DNA of 39,064 bases from a virus. Under the pieces are notes generated by a model that worked only from the letters and a program-made list of their open reading frames with translations, was not told the origin of the DNA and searched no databases. Shown here one piece after another: positions 1 through 7,299 of this stretch. The stretch is from IMG/VR virus record IMGVR_UViG_3300029951_000066, one strand, 5' to 3'. The number at the start of each line of letters is the position of its first letter. The first letter of the stretch is position 1. The translations under genes and the position numbers were made by a program.

Positions 1-127
1 GTCAGCACCTCGTGACGCTGGTCGCCAAAGATCACGCTCGGGTGCTGGCGGTCAAGCCACATCATTCGTCCACCGCAGCACGGGTCGAGAATTGTCTTTT
101 CGGCTACGTCGCTCACGCTCCGCTCCC
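1..127. repeat. Terminal redundancy, copy 1 (identical to 38938-39064); consistent with a circular assembly overlap or a permuted/terminally redundant genome
   Basis: Direct comparison of the first 127 nt with the last 127 nt shows an exact match. Confidence 0.9.
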
Positions 128-1957
128 AGTAGCGCTAGCAGCAGCGATGCGGTCGATGCGCTCAATTTCGGCAAGGATCAATGCCCCGGCTTTAATAAGC
201 ATCCAACGCAGCGTGTCAGGTTTCCACCACTCGCGGCTCCAAGGCCACCATGGAGGAGGCTCGCAAAATGCACGCATAGGATCATTGGGCCATCCGATCG
301 CTATGTTTCCTGCATTCAGTGCATATGCTGCGGCAGCTTTCGCCATCTCCCCATTTGTATGCTCGTCATCGTGCTCGACCGTCCAACCTTCAACATTCAC
401 CTGACGAACTCGCTCGGCCAGCACATCGCGTACCGCATCACTCAGCCCGCTCGGCGCTGCTGTCTGATCGCCCATGCCAGCCGCGTAAGCATCCCGCGCT
501 ATCTGCTTGGGACTCGCGCCGTGCGCACGGTAGTCCGAATACCAACCTTCGAACCTGGAATCGCCAACGTGCCGAGTATCAGTGCTCGGCGCTGCTTGCG
601 GCTGGGCGGCGAAATAGAGAGGGAGTGTCGGGTAATGCTTCGGACGATCACCGACATCGAGCAATGGCACCGTGTTGGCCCACAACGGCCCTTGCGTCGG
701 ATGAATCGGAACATGCGCCACCACTCCCCCAGCCTCACCGATAGGGGCGCCGTGGGTTTTAAGGTGATTCTCAAATCTTGCGAATGCCTGTTGTGACTCA
801 GCACCGCGCCGGGATAATCTCCAGTTTCGAGCAAGGCTTTTTGCCGTTTCAATCCAATCTTCGCTTAAGTTTTTTTCGTGCCAAAACAGGTGCCCCGCAT
901 CAAATGACAGCGAAGAAATTTCCTTTGCCGGCATCCCGGAAAAGTCTTGTGCGGCATACCACTTCGAAAACTGCACGAGTGCGCCTCCTTCGGGGCCTGC
1001 CGTTCCTACCGGCGCAGCCTCACCGCTATGGGGCACGGGGGCGCTAGCTTGCATCCGTTCTATCTGGAAGCGGATCTGACCCAGCACCGAAAAGAGAGAG
1101 TCAAGCAGTTCAGCATCGTCCGCTGGAATAGCGCTCTCTAAACCCAGCGTCTTACAGATGCCACGCAAACGGGTTGCAGCGTAATCGTCCGTGCTCGATG
1201 CTACTTGCGGTGCCTTGGCGATCAGCGCGTCTGCATAGCCCAAGTCATATCCGAAGCTCCATGCTTCATGCATTCCTGCTGGGCACGTCATAGCCCCGTT
1301 CGGGTCGAGGCAATACCCCTCTGGCCATTTGATCTGTTTCGAGTAGCTCGGCGCTGCCGCAGGGACTATCACAGGTCCGTCAAATATGCGGTCTAGAACC
1401 GCATCCAATTGCTTGACTTGGCCCGTCGTCATGGAAAGCCGATCAGCAATCTGCGCATTAAGCAGCGCCTTCAATGCCGGGTCGCGCTTCGTATCGCCGT
1501 TGTACATAATCGGTGGAATGCTCGCATCTACCGGCACAGCGACGGGCGCAGCAGGTGCTGTTCCCGTTCCTGAGCACGATTTACACAAGTCAGCAGGCGC
1601 TTCGTCTATCCCGGTCCAAATCGAACCGTAGCCATCACATGCTTTGCAGGAGACAGCGACGAGATTGTGTTTCGCAAGCCATACTGCCAAGCTTAGAAGT
1701 GTTCCCTCGAACACTTGCTTAGCGGTGTGATCGGCCGATATTTGACCTTGCTGGTACATTTCCCAGCAATGATCCAATACGTCTTGTGTCAACCGCACCT
1801 TAACTCCCTCGCTCTTGTGGGCGATAGCTGCTTGCCAGCCGAGCCAGCAGATTTGCGCTTCGGTCGATGGGTAGTCATCGACCATCAGTGGGCCGGTATA
1901 GTTGTCAGCCCAATATTTCTCAAACGCCTCTCGGCTATCGCTAAGTTCTTTGCTCAT
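113..1957 (-). CDS. Large multidomain hypothetical protein (about 614 aa from ATG at 1957); CxxC...CxxC zinc-ribbon-like segment, three internal F-x-K/G-W-Y repeats, C-terminal acidic EHDDEH..GE motif reminiscent of MazG/DUF550-like NTP pyrophosphohydrolases
   Basis: 638-aa ORF in track; internal ATG (MSKELSDS) preceded by AGGAA RBS; stop overlaps the methyltransferase start (GTGA) in the circular sequence; domain call from motifs only. Confidence 0.6.
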   Translation of the reverse strand: MSKELSDSREAFEKYWADNYTGPLMVDDYPSTEAQICWLGWQAAIAHKSEGVKVRLTQDVLDHCWEMYQQGQISADHTAKQVFEGTLLSLAVWLAKHNLVAVSCKACDGYGSIWTGIDEAPADLCKSCSGTGTAPAAPVAVPVDASIPPIMYNGDTKRDPALKALLNAQIADRLSMTTGQVKQLDAVLDRIFDGPVIVPAAAPSYSKQIKWPEGYCLDPNGAMTCPAGMHEAWSFGYDLGYADALIAKAPQVASSTDDYAATRLRGICKTLGLESAIPADDAELLDSLFSVLGQIRFQIERMQASAPVPHSGEAAPVGTAGPEGGALVQFSKWYAAQDFSGMPAKEISSLSFDAGHLFWHEKNLSEDWIETAKSLARNWRLSRRGAESQQAFARFENHLKTHGAPIGEAGGVVAHVPIHPTQGPLWANTVPLLDVGDRPKHYPTLPLYFAAQPQAAPSTDTRHVGDSRFEGWYSDYRAHGASPKQIARDAYAAGMGDQTAAPSGLSDAVRDVLAERVRQVNVEGWTVEHDDEHTNGEMAKAAAAYALNAGNIAIGWPNDPMRAFCEPPPWWPWSREWWKPDTLRWMLIKAGALILAEIERIDRIAAASATGSGA

Positions 1958-2163
1958 GATTGTTCCTTTTCCGGGTGTGGGACTGGTTCCGAGATGCCGC
2001 AGTCCATCGGGGCCCATCCCGACGTCCACCCATCCTCTAGCTGACCATTGCGGCGTGTGTGAGGACCCATAGCAGACCGATATACGTAGAGCCCTCCCTG
2101 CTCATCGAGCCCGTACAGGTCTCCGTCTTCCCCTCCCATAGCTTGTATCTGAATGATTTTCAT
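1954..2163 (-). CDS. Hypothetical small protein (69 aa)
   Basis: ORF with strong AAGGAG RBS upstream of ATG at 2163; stop overlaps the downstream ATG (ATGA). Confidence 0.5.
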   Translation of the reverse strand: MKIIQIQAMGGEDGDLYGLDEQGGLYVYRSAMGPHTRRNGQLEDGWTSGWAPMDCGISEPVPHPEKEQS

Positions 2164-2465
2164 CCCAACTCCTTCTCAGCCTTAATAGCTGCGCGCATCG
2201 ATTCCAACTTGCCCCATGTGCTATTTGGCTTATCTGGGCATGGATACGTGTTCTTGGCGATAATCGCTTCGGCTTCCTCAAGCGCTGCTAGCAGTGCTGC
2301 ATGTGATGCAGAGAGACGCCGCAATTTGTCAAACTTCCTGTTGATATACTCGGTAAGTACCTGCGCCTCTTCTCGATTCTCTCCAAGACGCAGTCAATCG
2401 AACCCATTTCCTTTGATGGTTGGCCGTTCGTCAGCGCTGTAGTGGCGAACCACGAAATCTTCCAT
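2160..2465 (-). other. 101-codon reading frame interrupted by a single in-frame TGA (plus-strand 2394-2396); flanked by ATGA overlaps with both neighbouring genes
   Basis: Manual translation of the minus strand: MEDFVVRHYSADERPTIKGNGFD-TGA-LRLGENREEAQVLTEYINRKFDKLRRLSASHAALLAALEEAEAIIAKNTYPCPDKPNSTWGKLESMRAAIKAEKELG. Confidence 0.35.
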
Positions 2466-2689
2466 CATGCACCTCCCTTAGACGCCGACTGGGTGAGCAC
2501 CTCATCGGTCTGCTCGCTCGCCTTCGGATGCAAATGCGCAGGCTTGTGCAGCTCGACCGATTCGTATGCTGCCAATGTTGACCAAAGCTTTCCCATACCA
2601 TATACGGTGACACCGTCGAGCCGCACGTGATTCATATCAATCACATCATGCGCGGCTGCTATGAATGCTTCTAGCTCTTTGGTTTTCAT
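2465..2689 (-). CDS. Hypothetical protein (74 aa)
   Basis: ORF with AAGGAG RBS; ATGA overlap with the upstream gene. Confidence 0.5.
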   Translation of the reverse strand: MKTKELEAFIAAAHDVIDMNHVRLDGVTVYGMGKLWSTLAAYESVELHKPAHLHPKASEQTDEVLTQSASKGGA

Positions 2690-2913
2690 TTCTTGCTCCT
2701 TACGATGTCGTCAGCCCAGTGTGGGAAATGTGGCTCACCGCCCGCGCGCATCTGTGCGTGGTATTCATCAAGCATGATCTGAGCTGTACGTTCAATTGAA
2801 GGATCGGGCTTCGGCTCTGAACGCAAACATCGCTCATCAGCACCGCGGATGAATACACACAAGAAGGTAACAAGCAGCGAGACTAGTCCGAAAATGTATA
2901 TCCATCCGATCAT
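2686..2913 (-). CDS. Small membrane protein (75 aa, N-terminal hydrophobic helix)
   Basis: ORF with GGAG RBS; hydrophobic N-terminus IGWIYIFGLVSLLVTFLCVFI. Confidence 0.5.
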   Translation of the reverse strand: MIGWIYIFGLVSLLVTFLCVFIRGADERCLRSEPKPDPSIERTAQIMLDEYHAQMRAGGEPHFPHWADDIVRSKK

Positions 2914-2925
2914 GGCGAACTCCGG

Positions 2926-3213
2926 TTATGTGGCGGATGATTCAATGCACTTGAGGTCTTGCAGGCGACTGTTGATCGGCGTCACGCGTCTCTTGAATTC
3001 CAAGGTCAACTCTGCTTTTTTGCGCTTCAGCGCCTGCGTCTCGATAGCGATTGGGTTTAACTCGCCAGGAACCTCAAAGGTTAGTTCGTGCTCGCATACG
3101 AACACCCAGCCGATACAAGTCATGTCTTGGTAAGTGGCGAATTTGTATTCGAGCAGCTTCGTGTAATCGTCTACGGCGGCGTGGATAAAACCCTTCTGCG
3201 TGATGGTTGGCAT
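2926..3213 (-). CDS. Hypothetical protein (95 aa)
   Basis: ORF with GGAG RBS upstream of ATG at 3213. Confidence 0.5.
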   Translation of the reverse strand: MPTITQKGFIHAAVDDYTKLLEYKFATYQDMTCIGWVFVCEHELTFEVPGELNPIAIETQALKRKKAELTLEFKRRVTPINSRLQDLKCIESSAT

Positions 3214-3268
3214 GCCTATCTCCAGCGAAGAAAAAGAGGCGCCGGGGATGCGCGCCCAACGGGGTTGG

Positions 3269-4033
3269 TTATGCGCCTAGCAATTCTTCGCGGCGCTGGT
3301 GGTAACGCTCGGTCGCTTCTTCGCGGTCGGCTTCGGGCAATTCGCTGATCAGGGTGGCGTCGGCGTCGAGTGCGTCGATGTCCATGCGGCTGTTCATGGT
3401 GTCGATGAGGTGCTTGGTACCGACGCTGAGTGCGGCAGGTTGGGGCTCGACGGGCGGTTGGGCGCTCGTCACACCGCCGCGCAACTCTTTCGCGCGTTCA
3501 GCATAAGCATCACTAGCTGCCTGCACGTCGCTCTCGGAGGTGAGCTTCATTGCCATCACCTTCGCCGCGTTCATCGCGTTGCGACCAGTAGCGGCCTTGA
3601 TTGCCTTGAGCACGTCATCGAGCGTTACGACCGTGAGTGGCAATATCGTATGCGTCGCTTTCTTGCCCTTCGTAGAATTCAGCGACAGCGATATTTCGCG
3701 CTCGATATTGCTCAAATGGCTGATGCGAATTCCACCCACGACCATCCCGCCGAACTTCACAGCATGATCGTTGTAAAGCGTCATGGACTTGCCGATCCAC
3801 TCGCGCCCGTCCTCACCCCACGCGAAAATCAGCAACTTGCGCATGGTCTTTCCAGGCTTGAACGGACGCCCCTGATCATCCTTGTAGTGCAGGATCACGG
3901 GCTGTTCATCATTGCCCATGCGCACGTCTGTAACGGTGATCGTCATATCGCCGTCAAGCAGTTGATCGGCGTTTAGTTGATCCGACTTCGGTACGATCGT
4001 ACTGCGAAGATTTGTGATATCAGACGTAGCCAA
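3269..4033 (-). CDS. Hypothetical protein (about 254 aa), probable TTG start; possible recombination partner of the adjacent nuclease (position only)
   Basis: ORF; AGGAGG six nt upstream of the TTG at 4033; overlaps the nuclease stop. Confidence 0.5.
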   Translation of the reverse strand: MATSDITNLRSTIVPKSDQLNADQLLDGDMTITVTDVRMGNDEQPVILHYKDDQGRPFKPGKTMRKLLIFAWGEDGREWIGKSMTLYNDHAVKFGGMVVGGIRISHLSNIEREISLSLNSTKGKKATHTILPLTVVTLDDVLKAIKAATGRNAMNAAKVMAMKLTSESDVQAASDAYAERAKELRGGVTSAQPPVEPQPAALSVGTKHLIDTMNSRMDIDALDADATLISELPEADREEATERYHQRREELLGA

Positions 4034-4931
4034 TTTCAACCTCCTGAGATTTGAATGCGTACGGCGGCAGGTCTATCGTGGTGGTGCTGTCCGCATAGCC
4101 AGGCCATACATTAGTGCGCAGGCATTCCTCGTAGATGTCCAACAGGCGGTGGACTTCGAGAAATCCTTCCTCGCGGCTCTCATTGCCTAGTTCATACGAT
4201 GCCGCGGCATATGGCCATTCGGACTCGACGGCGATAAAAATGAATTTCTCGACAGAAACATTTGCCGCTACACCATAGCCGCCAGAGTAAAAGGCATCCT
4301 GCCGGTGATAGTTCTTGCGTGCTGCGACTCTCGCAAATTCTGCTTTCGATGCGTCGCCACAGGTTTTCACATCGAGCAGCACGACTGAGCTTTTGCTGAG
4401 CGGACGCACGAAGTCAGGACGGCACCTGCATTTCACGTTGGTGATTGAATCGGTCCAGTAGCCCGACACCTCGGCGCGACCGCGCGACAGAAACTCACGA
4501 ATCTCCGGCAAAGCGCGCACGCTCTCAGCCTGCCGCATCGCCACTTCGTACTGACCGAGCGCAATCGGCAACTTCTGTTGGTTCTCAGTGGCCCACGCAG
4601 ACCACCATTCCATAGCCGCGATACTGTCATCGGACGGCTTCTTTGCATTCCACTGGGCTTCGGTGGGCTTGCGTGGCGCATTCTTCGGCGGTACTGCGTA
4701 CCGCTTGCCAAACTCTTCCGGCTCAAGAATCGCGCAGTGCGCAAGGTGGCCCTCAAGTTGCCCGGGCTTAGCGACACGAGCGGGCGCATCGGGCGACTGC
4801 CACGCATGGAAGATTGCTGGCGCCTTGTCGATCAGGTCGAGGCCTGTCTTCGAGATGCTGTCGCGATCGGCATGGTATTTCTCGATGGAGAGGTCGTAGA
4901 CGACCCTACCGGGGAACATGGAGTCATTCAT
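4020..4931 (-). CDS. PD-(D/E)XK family nuclease (phage recombination exonuclease-like)
   Basis: 303-aa ORF; RPDF...VVLLDVKT (D...D/E-x-K) and downstream Q/Y motifs typical of the PD-(D/E)XK fold; ATGA overlap with the upstream gene. Confidence 0.6.
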   Translation of the reverse strand: MNDSMFPGRVVYDLSIEKYHADRDSISKTGLDLIDKAPAIFHAWQSPDAPARVAKPGQLEGHLAHCAILEPEEFGKRYAVPPKNAPRKPTEAQWNAKKPSDDSIAAMEWWSAWATENQQKLPIALGQYEVAMRQAESVRALPEIREFLSRGRAEVSGYWTDSITNVKCRCRPDFVRPLSKSSVVLLDVKTCGDASKAEFARVAARKNYHRQDAFYSGGYGVAANVSVEKFIFIAVESEWPYAAASYELGNESREEGFLEVHRLLDIYEECLRTNVWPGYADSTTTIDLPPYAFKSQEVEIGYV

Positions 4932-5164
4932 TTATGGGCATCCCAACTCTGGTCATCGTCGTAATCGTTTCGCGCGGCGAAGCCTTCGATATATGCCGCG
5001 TTCTGGCCCGTGCGCTTTTCCTGCTTCTTTGCCTTGCACGACTTCGAGCAGAACAAGCCCCAGCCGCGCTTAACATCTGCTTCACGCGCTTGGAAAGGGT
5101 CTCGACACCATGCACATTTACGGCTCACCATCTTCGGCGCCCCATAGTGCTTTTGTGCGTTCAT
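4928..5164 (-). CDS. Small zinc-ribbon protein (78 aa; CAWC...CSKSC)
   Basis: ORF from internal ATG (MNAQKHYG) with RBS; two CxxC pairs. Confidence 0.5.
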   Translation of the reverse strand: MNAQKHYGAPKMVSRKCAWCRDPFQAREADVKRGWGLFCSKSCKAKKQEKRTGQNAAYIEGFAARNDYDDDQSWDAHK

Positions 5165-5343
5165 AACAGCACCACCAGATAAGCCGAAACAATCGCCAGA
5201 AGAGTAGCCAGCACCATCCCGCAGACCGGGTGTGCGCGATCCCATGCGACGAAGCGGCGAAAGGTTGAGCGCAGGAAGCTGCGAGCACGATATAGCGCGC
5301 CCGAGCGGATGCGTTTAAGGTCGACGTTTGGAGAGAGGTTCAT
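5161..5343 (-). CDS. Small membrane protein (60 aa)
   Basis: ORF with GGAG RBS; C-terminal hydrophobic segment; ATGA overlap with the downstream gene. Confidence 0.4.
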   Translation of the reverse strand: MNLSPNVDLKRIRSGALYRARSFLRSTFRRFVAWDRAHPVCGMVLATLLAIVSAYLVVLL

Positions 5344-5525
5344 TCGTCATCTCCGAGGATTGCATCGATAGCTCTGTGAGCGTCGCCGCCCTGGTCGATC
5401 GCGGCCAAACCAGCGGACACAAGCTCAGGCGGATAGCCATAGAGGCCATGCGCTTGCTCGATGCGCAAACAGGCGTCGGTGTCGCCGCGCACCATCGCTT
5501 CGGCGTAAGCTTTGGATTCGCTCAC
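5340..5525 (-). CDS. Hypothetical small protein (61 aa, GTG start)
   Basis: ORF with GAGG RBS; start overlaps the upstream stop. Confidence 0.4.
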   Translation of the reverse strand: MSESKAYAEAMVRGDTDACLRIEQAHGLYGYPPELVSAGLAAIDQGGDAHRAIDAILGDDE

Positions 5526-5887
5526 GCTGCACCTCGCTCGGCAGCCTTCTCAGCCGCAGTCATCAGCTCATCTGCCTTGTTGTCGGCCATCTTGCCGAAT
5601 GCAGTCGCCAGCAGTGTGCGCACAGCAAAGCCGAGACGCGCATCGCGATTCGCTTCGTCGCCGGCCCATGCGCAGCTCAGAATCGTGCCCTCAGCTTGCG
5701 CGAAGTATTCGACAGCGCATTGCATGTCGAGGCCGGTTGGAGCTGCACAGAGGCGCTCGTATTCAGTGCGAGCGAGCTTCTCGTGCTCAGCGTTGTATGC
5801 CTCAATCTGGCCCAGCAAGCGCGTGTAATGCGATGCAGCTTGCTCGTGGCGCGCTTCTGCTATGGATTCGGTACGGGCTAAGTTCAT
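5522..5887 (-). CDS. Hypothetical protein (121 aa)
   Basis: ORF with GAGG RBS upstream of ATG at 5887. Confidence 0.5.
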   Translation of the reverse strand: MNLARTESIAEARHEQAASHYTRLLGQIEAYNAEHEKLARTEYERLCAAPTGLDMQCAVEYFAQAEGTILSCAWAGDEANRDARLGFAVRTLLATAFGKMADNKADELMTAAEKAAERGAA

Positions 5888-5982
5888 GGATACCTCTGAG
5901 AGTGGTGCGGCGTCCCACCGCTGCGGCGTATGGAGCGGCCGTCGCTTAACGCTATTCGGCGTCGATCATCCGCGACAGCAGT

Positions 5983-6648
5983 TCATGCGCGGAGGCTTGG
6001 AGGGTTTTTACTGTAGGCCCCTGCGGCGGCCCATGCGGCGGCCCCTGCGGCGGCCCGTGCGGCGGCCCGTGCGGCGGCCCCTGCGGCGGCCCATGCGGCG
6101 GCCCCTGCGGCGGCCCATGCGGCGGCCCATGCGGCGGCCCCTGCGGCGGCCCATGCGGCGGCCCGTGCGGCGGCCCCTGCGGCGGCCCCTGCGGCGGCCC
6201 ATGCGTTTGCGGCTTCGGTTTTTGCCTTTTCAAGTGCTGGCATCGCAAGACGCAAGTCTTGCTCGCACGTTAAGGGTGGCAGCGCTTTCAGCGCATTAGC
6301 ATGGGGCATGAGTGCCGGCGTTAAAGTGAGCCAGGCAGCGGTATGCACGCGTACCAACCAGTCCATCGCCATCCAAGAACGCTTGCGGGAGAGTTCGGGA
6401 CCCTTGTTCGTGCCAACCAGGCGCACGATGTACTGCTTGAGCTGCTCGCGCTCTTCGTCGCAGTGCATGCCGTCGTTCCACGAGATGCCGAAAGAACGAA
6501 GCACCGGATCGACGCATTCCGGCGTGTCGCCAAACGGTTCGTTAGCGAACATGCTCACGACTTCGAGCAGGCAGTGACCATCGTCGGGCGAGCCGTGACC
6601 GCCATGATTCAGGGCGATTGCATCGAGCATTTCCAGTGTCAGTTTCAT
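5983..6648 (-). CDS. Hypothetical protein (221 aa): unique N-terminal domain of about 145 aa followed by about 16 tandem AAA[W/G/R] tetrapeptide repeats
   Basis: ORF with strong GGAGAGGAAG RBS at its ATG (6648); C-terminal third is encoded by a 12-bp tandem DNA repeat. Confidence 0.55.
   Translation of the reverse strand: MKLTLEMLDAIALNHGGHGSPDDGHCLLEVVSMFANEPFGDTPECVDPVLRSFGISWNDGMHCDEEREQLKQYIVRLVGTNKGPELSRKRSWMAMDWLVRVHTAAWLTLTPALMPHANALKALPPLTCEQDLRLAMPALEKAKTEAANAWAAAGAAAGAAARAAAWAAAGAAAWAAAWAAAGAAAWAAAGAAARAAARAAAGAAAWAAAGAYSKNPPSLRA
6018..6205. repeat. Tandem array of about 15.7 copies of a 12-bp unit (cccNtgcggcgg), with only the 4th base varying (a/c/g)
   Basis: Direct reading of the sequence; unit boundaries checked by position. 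Confidence 0.9.
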
Positions 6649-6665
6649 CTCTTCCTCTCCAGTTA

Positions 6666-6803
6666 TTAGAAATTGAGCCAGCGCACCACATACCGCACGT
6701 ATCCGATTGCTTGTTCCAGCCGATCAGCCAAAGTGTGGGCGTCGTCAGGCGTATCAAAGCCGCCTTCGTCAGCACCGGTTCGGATATCGATTACGTGGTA
6801 CAT
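6666..6803 (-). CDS. Possible small ORF (45 aa) between the repressor and the repeat-protein gene
   Basis: Manual translation; GAGG five nt upstream of the ATG; below the ORF-track size cut-off. Confidence 0.3.
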   Translation of the reverse strand: MYHVIDIRTGADEGGFDTPDDAHTLADRLEQAIGYVRYVVRWLNF

Positions 6804-6842
6804 GACGGCCTCGCGGTTGTTCGTGGTGCTGCGTTGGAATCA

Positions 6843-6871
6843 ACTATAATTCAACGTATGCATTTTGCCAA
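6843..6871 (-). promoter_or_regulatory. Putative sigma70-type leftward promoter (TTGGCA-17 nt-TATAGT on the minus strand) just downstream of the repressor gene
   Basis: -35/-10 hexamers with 17-nt spacer in an AT-rich intergenic stretch. Confidence 0.4.
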
Positions 6872-6894
6872 TGATTTTTGAATAAATATTTGCG

Positions 6895-7188
6895 TCATGG
6901 CAATAGCGGTATTGTCCTTTTCCTCCGCTTGCGGCCTCGGACTATGGAGAACTTGACAATCGATGTGCGGTTGTCGTCGCCATTTCCGAAGTGTGCGACG
7001 AGTTCTTCTATAGACAGATCAAGCACTCGGGCTATCTGTTGAGCCTCGCCGAGCCTGACTTCTCGCTTGCCGCTGAGAGTGAGGGACATGCTTGACGGAT
7101 TCATATGGATCGCGTCCGCCAGTTCCTTCTGAGACATCTTGCGGGTCTTGAGCAATGCGCGGAACCATTTCAGGTCAATGTGTCGCAT
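6895..7188 (-). CDS. XRE-family HTH transcriptional repressor (CI-like)
   Basis: HTH motif SQKELADAIHMNPSSMSLTLSGKR; start at internal ATG (MRHIDLK) with GGAG RBS; divergent from a cro-like gene. Confidence 0.8.
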   Translation of the reverse strand: MRHIDLKWFRALLKTRKMSQKELADAIHMNPSSMSLTLSGKREVRLGEAQQIARVLDLSIEELVAHFGNGDDNRTSIVKFSIVRGRKRRKRTIPLLP

Positions 7189-7246
7189 ATTGGATACTCC
7201 AGTGGGGTAATGACAACTTGACCACCGAAGTATAGGAAAGATTCCC

Positions 7247-7275
7247 TTGAGGTGTTCTTGGTGATACGCTAATAT
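7247..7275 (+). promoter_or_regulatory. Putative sigma70-type rightward promoter (TTGAGG-17 nt-TAATAT) for the cro-like gene
   Basis: -35/-10 hexamers with 17-nt spacer; AGAGGA RBS and ATG at 7300 follow. Confidence 0.5.
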
Positions 7276-7299
7276 CAACGAAACGGAAAGAGGACTGCT

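Noticed and set aside
12-1047. Plus-strand ORFs (12-404, 92-796, 319-744, 778-1047) overlapping the 614-aa minus-strand gene
   Set aside because: They lie antisense to or out of frame with a long, RBS-supported minus-strand gene and have Arg/Pro/Ser-rich composition typical of spurious frames in GC-rich DNA.
113-1957. Protelomerase or integrase identity for the 614-aa protein
   Set aside because: The size is similar to protelomerases, but I could find no tyrosine-recombinase catalytic motifs (R...HxxR...Y) and the sequence has a zinc-ribbon and internal repeats instead.
6018-6205. CRISPR array
   Set aside because: The repeats are 12 bp and directly tandem with no spacers; this is a minisatellite-like coding repeat, not a CRISPR locus.
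5952-6248. Alternative translations of the 12-bp repeat: a (GPPH/GPPQ)n collagen-like ORF on the minus strand and an (RRPxRRP)n ORF on the plus strand
   Set aside because: Both lie entirely inside the RBS-supported 221-aa gene; the GPP frame begins at a TTG without an SD and the plus-strand frame is antisense. I note that two of the three repeat variants are synonymous in the GPP frame, so the true frame should be confirmed experimentally.
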